From Eledone cirrhosa (Eukaryota): DNA of 64,000 nt. The stretch lies in the NCBI GenBank assembly GCA_964016885.1, contig CAXHJY010000226.1:1054-65053 (forward strand), given 5' to 3'. Below, in pieces: positions 46,130 to 64,000 of the stretch (positions within the stretch are counted from its first letter, which is position 1; every line of letters starts with the position of its first letter). A model generated the notes under the pieces. It did no database searches. It was not told where the DNA came from and was given only the letters and a program-made list of their open reading frames with translations. The position numbers and the translations under genes are program-made.

Positions 46130-46182
46130 CACATATATATATATATATACATATATATAAATATATATATATACATATACAC

Positions 46183-46217
<35 letters not shown>

Positions 46218-46232
46218 CATATATATACACAC

Positions 46233-46275
<43 letters not shown>

Positions 46276-46336
46276 TATACATATATATATACATATATAT
46301 ATACATATATACATATATACAAATATATATATATAC

Positions 46337-46435
<99 letters not shown>

Positions 46436-46466
46436 CATATATGTATATATACATATATATATATAC

Positions 46467-46533
<67 letters not shown>

Positions 46534-46576
46534 TATATATATATATATATACATATATATAAATACATATATATAC

Positions 46577-46661
<85 letters not shown>

Positions 46662-46709
46662 CATATATATATATACATATATATAAATATATATATATAC
46701 ATATACACA

Positions 46710-46741
<32 letters not shown>

Positions 46742-46750
46742 CATATATAT

Positions 46751-46793
<43 letters not shown>

Positions 46794-46902
46794 TATATGT
46801 ACATATATATATATATATGTATATAAATACATATATACATATATATATATACATACATATATATATATATACATATATATATATGTATATACATATATAT
46901 AT

Positions 46903-46967
<65 letters not shown>

Positions 46968-47189
46968 CACACATATATATATATATATACATATATATAA
47001 TATATATATATATATACACATATATATATATATATATATACATATATATATACATATATATATATATATACATAAAAATATATATATATACATATATATA
47101 TATATAAATATATATATATATAATTATATATATATATACATATATACATATATACATATATATATATATACATAAATATATATATATAC

Positions 47190-47260
<71 letters not shown>

Positions 47261-47363
47261 AATTAAAATATTAGAGTTAAACACTCGTCGTATTATAGAA
47301 ATGACAGTATAAGATATAGCTCAATGTAATATAACAGAGCCGAAAATACATATATATATATAA

Positions 47364-47394
<31 letters not shown>

Positions 47395-47420
47395 CATATA
47401 AATATATATAGATACATATG

Positions 47421-47454
<34 letters not shown>

Positions 47455-47823
47455 CATATAAATATATATTGATATTGTTATACTTTGGGAGGGTCATGTT
47501 GCCAATAAGAAATACACACAGAAACAAAATGGCGTAGGATAGAAGAAAGGAAAGGCACAGAAACAAAGAAAGGAATCCCCAGTCACTGAAGAGGTCACAG
47601 AGTGTGTGAAGAAAGGACTATGACTATATATAAACAACTATCTGGTTGTGGAACCAACCAACCAGAAATTTATAGGTTTGTAAATTTATAAATTTATAAA
47701 TATATAATAAATTGAAGTGAAATCAACTGGTGCGTGTGTTTCTTATTGGCAACATGACCCTCCCAAAGTATAACAATATCGGTTTCAACACACGATTTCA
47801 GATAAAGAATCTTATATAGATAC

Positions 47824-47920
<97 letters not shown>

Positions 47921-47933
47921 CATATATATATAC

Positions 47934-48000
<67 letters not shown>

Positions 48001-48057
48001 CATATATATATATACATATATATATATACATATATATATATATACATATATATATAC

Positions 48058-48126
<69 letters not shown>

Positions 48127-48165
48127 AACATATATATATATATATACACACATATATATATATAC

Positions 48166-48196
<31 letters not shown>

Positions 48197-48219
48197 CATA
48201 TACATATATATATACATAT

Positions 48220-48260
<41 letters not shown>

Positions 48261-48309
48261 CACATATATATATACATATATATATATACATATATATATA
48301 TACACACAT

Positions 48310-48346
<37 letters not shown>

Positions 48347-48361
48347 CATATATATATGTAC

Positions 48362-48396
<35 letters not shown>

Positions 48397-48751
48397 CATA
48401 TATACATATATATATATATACATACATATATATATATATACATATATATATATATGTATATACATATACATATATACATATATACATATATATATATACA
48501 TATATATACAAATATATATACATATACATATATATATATACATATATATATATACATATATATATATATACATATATATATATACATATATATATATACA
48601 CATATATATATATATACATATATATACATATATATATATAAATATATACATATATATATATATACATATATACATATATATATACATATATATATATATA
48701 CATATATATATACATATATATATATACATATATATATACATATATATATAC

Positions 48752-48854
<103 letters not shown>

Positions 48855-48857
48855 CAC

Positions 48858-48904
<47 letters not shown>

Positions 48905-49018
48905 CATATATATATACATATATATATACATATATATATACATATATACATATATATATATATACATATATATATATATTATACATATATGTATATATAT
49001 ATATATATTTATATATAC

Positions 49019-49049
<31 letters not shown>

Positions 49050-49069
49050 CATATATATATATAATATAA

Positions 49070-49810
49070 TAAATTTATTTAATTACATTTAATTACATTT
49101 AATTATACATTTAATTATATCTTATATTATATTATTTTAATTTAGTCTATGTTATTTGATTTTAGTTTACCTTATTTTATCTTATTTTACGATTATATTA
49201 TATTATGTTCTATGTATATAATTTTTAATTTTTAATTTTATATTATTTTATCTCATTCCTTACCCTATATTTTATATGTAAGTTTGTTATGTATTTCTTT
49301 GTATTTCTTTTTATATATATTATAAGTCTGTTTTTCACCTATTTTTTACCTATTTTTTACCTACTCTTACCTAATCCCATTATCTTATCTACTCTTGTCT
49401 GTTCTCTTATCCATGTGTCTACTCTTGTCTGTTCTCTTATCCATGTGTATGCTTGTATGTAACTATATGTTGACAGCACCCCGCCCAACTGTGACTGATA
49501 GCACCCCTTATTTTTATTTTTATTTTTACTTTTATTTTTATTCTTATCCTCTATCGTCTATTATTACCTTTCATTCTTCAATGTCTTGGATTTGTTATTG
49601 CTTGTATGGTATGTAATTAACCTTTATGCTCTGATGAGTCCCACTTATAATGCGGATGAAACAATGTTAGCAAGTAAAGATATGCATATGCTATAAGCGT
49701 TCTTTGTTATTTATTAATTATATTACGGCTCTGTCCTCAGACATTGAGCTAACCTCATACTGCCTGCTGGATAAGTGGAGTGTTATACACCCCTGATCCT
49801 TTCCCTAGCA
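49070..49810 (+). mobile_element. HHR-bearing element, diverged relative of 18826-20107
   Basis: acagcacccc gcccaactgtgactgatagcacc, tcttcaatgtcttggatttgttattgcttgt and the tail match the reverse complement of 18826-19170. Confidence 0.75.
49623..49678 (+). ncRNA. Minimal type I hammerhead ribozyme
   Basis: TTTATGCT-CTGATGA-GTCC-CACTTATAATGC-GGAT-GAAAC-AAT-GTT-AGCAAGTAAA. Confidence 0.85.
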
Positions 49811-49841
49811 TACATATATATATATACATATATATATATAC

Positions 49842-49881
<40 letters not shown>

Positions 49882-50257
49882 GGAAAGTTATATTTAAATT
49901 GTTGGGTTACAACTAGTAAATATTTATAACTGATATAAAAGCACTCAACAAGTATTTGGAGTATATTTACGATATTAAATAAATGGAAACTATATTTATA
50001 AAACCATATTTATTTCATTATATATATTTCAGGGATAACATATTAACAATATGTTATGCCTTCTTCAGACAAAATACAATATAGACAGTTTTATAGATAA
50101 ACAGATTTGACATACCGTTCAACATCGACTTGAACGGTATGTCAAATCTATTTATCTATAAAACTGTCTATATTGTATTTTGTCTGAAGAAGGCATAACA
50201 TATTGTTAATATGTTATCCCTGAAAAATTTAAATATAGTTTCCATTTATTTAATATC

Positions 50258-50298
<41 letters not shown>

Positions 50299-50340
50299 TA
50301 TATATATATATATACATATATATAAATACATATATATACA

Positions 50341-50522
<182 letters not shown>

Positions 50523-50575
50523 CACACATATGTATATATATACATATATATAAATATATATATATACATATACAC

Positions 50576-50610
<35 letters not shown>

Positions 50611-50625
50611 CATATATATACACAC

Positions 50626-50682
<57 letters not shown>

Positions 50683-50739
50683 TATATACATATATATATA
50701 CATATATACAAATATATATATATACATATATATATATAC

Positions 50740-50828
<89 letters not shown>

Positions 50829-50843
50829 CATATATATATATAC

Positions 50844-50876
<33 letters not shown>

Positions 50877-50877
50877 C

Positions 50878-50938
<61 letters not shown>

Positions 50939-50963
50939 CATATATATAAATACATATATATAC

Positions 50964-50994
<31 letters not shown>

Positions 50995-51005
50995 CATATA
51001 TATAC

Positions 51006-51092
<87 letters not shown>

Positions 51093-51127
51093 TATATACA
51101 TATATATATATATACATATATATATAT

Positions 51128-51184
<57 letters not shown>

Positions 51185-51254
51185 TATATGTACATATATA
51201 CATATATATATATATATATATACATATATACATATATATATATATATACATACA

Positions 51255-51287
<33 letters not shown>

Positions 51288-51305
51288 GTATATACATATA
51301 TATAT

Positions 51306-51378
<73 letters not shown>

Positions 51379-51383
51379 CACAC

Positions 51384-51414
<31 letters not shown>

Positions 51415-51513
51415 CATAAAAATATATATATATACATATATATATATATAAATATATATATATATAAATATATATATATATACATATATACATATATACA
51501 TATATATATATAC

Positions 51514-51645
<132 letters not shown>

Positions 51646-51667
51646 ACATATAAATATATATAGATAC

Positions 51668-51698
<31 letters not shown>

Positions 51699-52070
51699 CA
51701 TATAAATATATATTGATACTGTTATACTTTGGGAGGGTCATGTTGCCAATAAGAAACACACACAGAAACAAAATCGCGTAGGATAGAAGAAAGGAAAGGC
51801 ACTGAAACAAAGAAGGAATCCCCAGTCACTGAAGAGGTCACAGAGTGTGTGACGAAAGGACTATGACTATATATAAACAACTATCTGGTTGTAGAACCAA
51901 CCAACCAACCAGAAATTTATAGGTTTGTAAATTTATAAATTTATAAATATATAATAAATTGAAGTGAAAGCAGCTGGTGCGTGTGTTTCTTATTGGCAAC
52001 ATGACCCTCCCAAAGTATAACAATATCGGTTCCAACACACGATTTCAGATAAAGAATCTTATATAGATAC

Positions 52071-52129
<59 letters not shown>

Positions 52130-52130
52130 C

Positions 52131-52197
<67 letters not shown>

Positions 52198-52198
52198 C

Positions 52199-52229
<31 letters not shown>

Positions 52230-52242
52230 CATACATATATAC

Positions 52243-52307
<65 letters not shown>

Positions 52308-52340
52308 AACATATATATATATACACACATATATATATAC

Positions 52341-52371
<31 letters not shown>

Positions 52372-52392
52372 CATATACATATATATATACAT

Positions 52393-52423
<31 letters not shown>

Positions 52424-52476
52424 CATATACACACATATATATATATATACATATATATATATACATATATATATAT

Positions 52477-52518
<42 letters not shown>

Positions 52519-53010
52519 CAGGAAAGAAGGTTTACATGGTTTGCTATACAAAAAAGTTTTTAATCACATAGCTTACATTTGTTTCACTGAACTGGTATGT
52601 CTAGAGATCGCTATCCGCCTAATTTTGCGTCACTCGATCGCCAATACAGAATTATAACCAGTCAGATCTTCGGAGCATGCGAGAATGAAGAAAATACACA
52701 GGCAAGAAAATAAAAGAAAATATGGAGTAGTTATGGCATTCAATTAGAACAATAAACAACAACAATTATTACAACAATGCTATCAATAAACTATTTAAGG
52801 AGACCCTGACATTACTTAGGTGGGGGGTATATAATGTATCTAATGTTACGGCGTGAAAACCAGAACCAGCTGTCATAAGGCAAAAAGTATCGTAGTGTGT
52901 ATCAATTTTAAATTATCTTCAACCGTATACATGAGTGGGACCACTGTCAAAGCTCAATAGTTGTAGAGTTAATACAGAGGTTAACGAATTAATATACGCA
53001 TATATCTACG

Positions 53011-53042
<32 letters not shown>

Positions 53043-53613
53043 AATATAAATACATATACACATATATGTGTACATAGACACATACATACACACTAATATA
53101 CACTCGTACAAAAATATACATACATGCAAAGAGAAAAGCGTGCTAATTGTAATATGGCAAAAAGAAGGTAAAGTAACATTGTAGTAGTGAAATGAGAAAA
53201 ACTAGGATCTAGGATCAAATGATTGCAGCAGCTGAGAAGGAGTAAGATTGTTGGTAGATGAGGTATTTACAGACTATTGTGTGGTATAGACTTGTGAAGG
53301 AAATAGTATACTTAATGAATATATATTTTTTTTGTGGGTAGTAGGTATCCTAATTTAAAGCTATGTTATGTTGGTTCGATTCACGGAGGTTTGAATCTTA
53401 TGAATTTAGTGGCTATTCTATGCCTGCAGAAGATAGATCTTTCTAACTTATTATTAAGTAGTCTTTTAACATTTCTAAGGATATACAATAGCTCAAGATC
53501 ACACAGCCCGCAATAGGACATACCTGTACTATAGGTTTTAGCAGCCGACAACTTCGACCAGTTGATAGTGTAGCTAGCGTTGCTGTCCTTCAATTCCCAT
53601 ATTTTTCTGGCGA

Positions 53614-54935
53614 CACGTTACTTATAGCTAGGAACCTAAACAACCAGAGCTTGGAAAGACTAAGGAAAAATATTAGAATATTCTTCAAAAAACTAGGCCT
53701 AAGTATTACCTACGAACTAAACCATAAGAAGGTAAATTTTCTAGATGTAACTCTAAATCTAAATACTGGATTAATAGAACCTTTCCACAAAAATAATGAA
53801 AATCTTGCCTACATTAGTTACAACTCAAATCACCCCAAATCCATAATTAAATCCATAGCACGTAGTATATCCCTCCGAATATCCCGCCTATCCTCAAACC
53901 TAGAAATCTTTAACGAGCATGCTGACTATTATAATGCAGCATTAAGTAGGGCCGGTCATAAAGATAAACTACAGTATATAGTGAATAAGGACAACATAAA
54001 CAATCCTAGTAATTTCTACTCCAACCGCTCACATAATAATAAGAATAGCTTGACTAGACATAGGGTTAGACATGTAACACCTAGAGTAAACGGCCAAAAC
54101 ACTAATAACGTAAACCCTAGAAACAATAGAAGAAACAGACAAAGGAAATACCTATGGTTCAACCCAATATTCAACTCCTCTATAAAAACTAGACTGCCCT
54201 CTATATTCTTTAAACTAATAGATAAACACTTCCCTATCTCGCATAGATATCACAAACTACTCAATAGATCTACTATAAAACTCTCTTTTCAACAGCAGCT
54301 AACATAGAATCACACATACGCAAGATCAACCGCAGAAATATCTCAAGTAAATCAATTGCACCTATACATAAGCACAAACTCATCACAACATCACAACCAC
54401 AAGCGCATACAAACGCGCAGCAGCAAAACCCCATTGGGCATATATCACAACCCACTTATAACAGGGTACTAAATAGGAATGTAAAAGCTGCACATAATAG
54501 CGCCTCAAACTGCAACTGTCACCTCCCAGATAGGTGCCCATTGGCGAATAGATGTCTCGATTCGAGTCTGGTGTACATGTGCACTGTCATCTCGGGTAAC
54601 TCCACTTGGATTACATAGGATCCACCGCGGGTTCTTTTAAGAAAAGATGGTATGTGCACAGGCACTCGATGAAAAACCGAGCTCTTATGGGTTCCACCAC
54701 CCTCGCCAGAAAAATATGGGAATTGAAGGACAGCAACGCTAGCTACACTATCAACTGGTCGAAGTTGTCGGCTGCTAAAACCTATAGTACAGGTATGTCC
54801 TATTGCGGGCTGTGTGATCTTGAGCTATTGTATATCCTTAGAAATGTTAAAAGACTACTTAATAATAAGTTAGAAAGATCTATCTTCTGCAGGCATAGAA
54901 TTGCCACTAAATTCATAAGATTCAAACCTCCGTGA
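53614..54935 (+). pseudogene. PLE RT C-terminus/thumb + Cys-rich linker + GIY-YIG endonuclease, two frameshifts (~54290, ~54605)
   Basis: VNFLDVTLNL, YISYNSNHPKSI, LWFNPIF, LIDKHFP, LNRSTIKLSF. Middle frame CNCHLPDRCPLANRCLDSSLVYMCTV. Then YIGSTAGSFKKRWYVHRHS...CGLCDLE...LLNNKLE..CRH. Confidence 0.92.
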
Positions 54936-55273
54936 ATCGAACCAACATAACATAGCTTTAAATTAGGATACCTACTACCCACAAAAAAAATATATATTCA
55001 TTAAGTATACTATTTCCTTCACAAGTCTATACCACACAATAGTCTGTAAATACCTCATCTACCAACAATCTTACTCCTTCTCAGCTGCTGCAATCATTTG
55101 ATCCTAGATCCTAGTTTTTCTCATTTCACTACTACAATGTTACTTTACCTTCTTTTTGCCATATTACAATTAGCACGCTTTTCTCTTTGCATGTATGTAT
55201 ATTTTTGTACGAGTGTATATTAGTGTGTATGTATGTGTCTATGTACACATATATGTGTATATGTATTTATATT

Positions 55274-55322
<49 letters not shown>

Positions 55323-55646
55323 GTAGATATATGCGTATATTAATTCGTTAACCTCTGTATTAACTCTACAACTATTGAGCTTTGACAGTGGTCCCACTCA
55401 TGTATACGGTTGAAGATAATTTAAAATTGATACACACTACGATACTTTTTGCCTTATGACAGCTGGTTTTCACGCCGTAACATTAGATACATTATATACC
55501 CCCCACCTAAGTAATGTCAGGGTCTCCTTAAATAGTTTATTGATAGCATTGTTGTAATAATTGTTGTTGTTTATTGTTCTAATTGAATGCCATAACTACT
55601 CCATATTTTCTTTTATTTTCTTGCCTGTGTATTTTCTTCATTCTCG

Positions 55647-55758
55647 CATGCTCCGAAGATCTGACTGGTTATAATTCTGTATTGGCGATCGAGTGACGCA
55701 AAATTAGGCGGATAGCGATCTCTAGACATACCAGTTCAGTGAAACAATGTAAGCTATG
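55647..55758 (+). ncRNA. HHR variant in the PLE 3' region (CCGAAGA core, long stem II); inverted copy at 52567-52679 (minus)
   Basis: CATGCT-CCGAAGA-T-CTGA-CTGGT...ACCAG-T-TCAG-T-GAAAC-AAT-GTA-AGCTATG. Confidence 0.62.
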
Positions 55759-55978
55759 TGATTAAAAACTTTTTTGTATAGCAAACCATGTAAACCTTCT
55801 TTCCTGATTTATTATTACTCCAAGTGTTTACAACATAGGAATTACAGCATACCCGCAGCATCACTATGAAAACGCTTGTTGAGTCAAACCAAGCCAAGCG
55901 TTAATACCATCCACTACCTGGAATACCATAACTGGACTTCACCTAAGTGGACTGCATTTAACTATTATTTGTTAATCC

Positions 55979-64000
<8,022 letters not shown>

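Larger units (their letters stand above)
52514..55980 (+). mobile_element. 5'-truncated Penelope-like element with a ~1.1-kb inverted 5' segment (52514-53613 = reverse complement of 54703-55811)
   Basis: Mirror ORFs in the track (53381-53593 minus vs 54606-54935 plus). Inverted pseudo-LTR architecture. TA flanks. Confidence 0.92.

Noticed and set aside
49690-49765. HDV-like ribozyme suggested by CGG-CTC...GAG-CTAA
   Set aside because: P1, P2 and P3 partners could not be identified upstream. Kept only as a conserved stem-loop.
55450-55490. CTTATGA-CAGC...GCCG-TAAC in the PLE 3' region as a second HHR
   Set aside because: It has several core mismatches and no stem I.

Overview
Repeat-saturated animal genomic DNA with no recognisable host protein-coding gene. 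It is most likely from an octopod/coleoid cephalopod, inferred from a tRNA-headed SINE of the octopus type and the extreme (TA)n content. Most of the window is interrupted (TA)n microsatellite, and the many 'IYIY' ORFs are artefacts of it. Embedded in the TA are an intact 1181-aa RTE-clade LINE (APE + RT + three C2H2 fingers), an RTE-derived bipartite non-autonomous element, two 5'-truncated CR1-like LINE copies, a tRNA SINE and two Penelope-like element (PLE) remnants (RT thumb/GIY-YIG). The main result is that reading the non-coding islands by eye gives about 34 type I hammerhead ribozyme (HHR) motifs in about 8 distinct sequence families. These include a near-homogeneous 467-bp tandem array with one minimal HHR per unit (retrozyme-like), HHRs with very long stem II inserts, and core variants (CCGAAGA, non-Watson-Crick 10.1-11.1). 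Most of these islands share an asymmetric fold-back (inverted + direct) architecture and sit in (TA)n. This suggests a community of PLE-mobilised, self-cleaving, possibly circular non-coding RNAs that target TA microsatellites and were later amplified in ~2-2.5 kb macrosatellite units. All folds were done by hand and ribozyme activity is untested.
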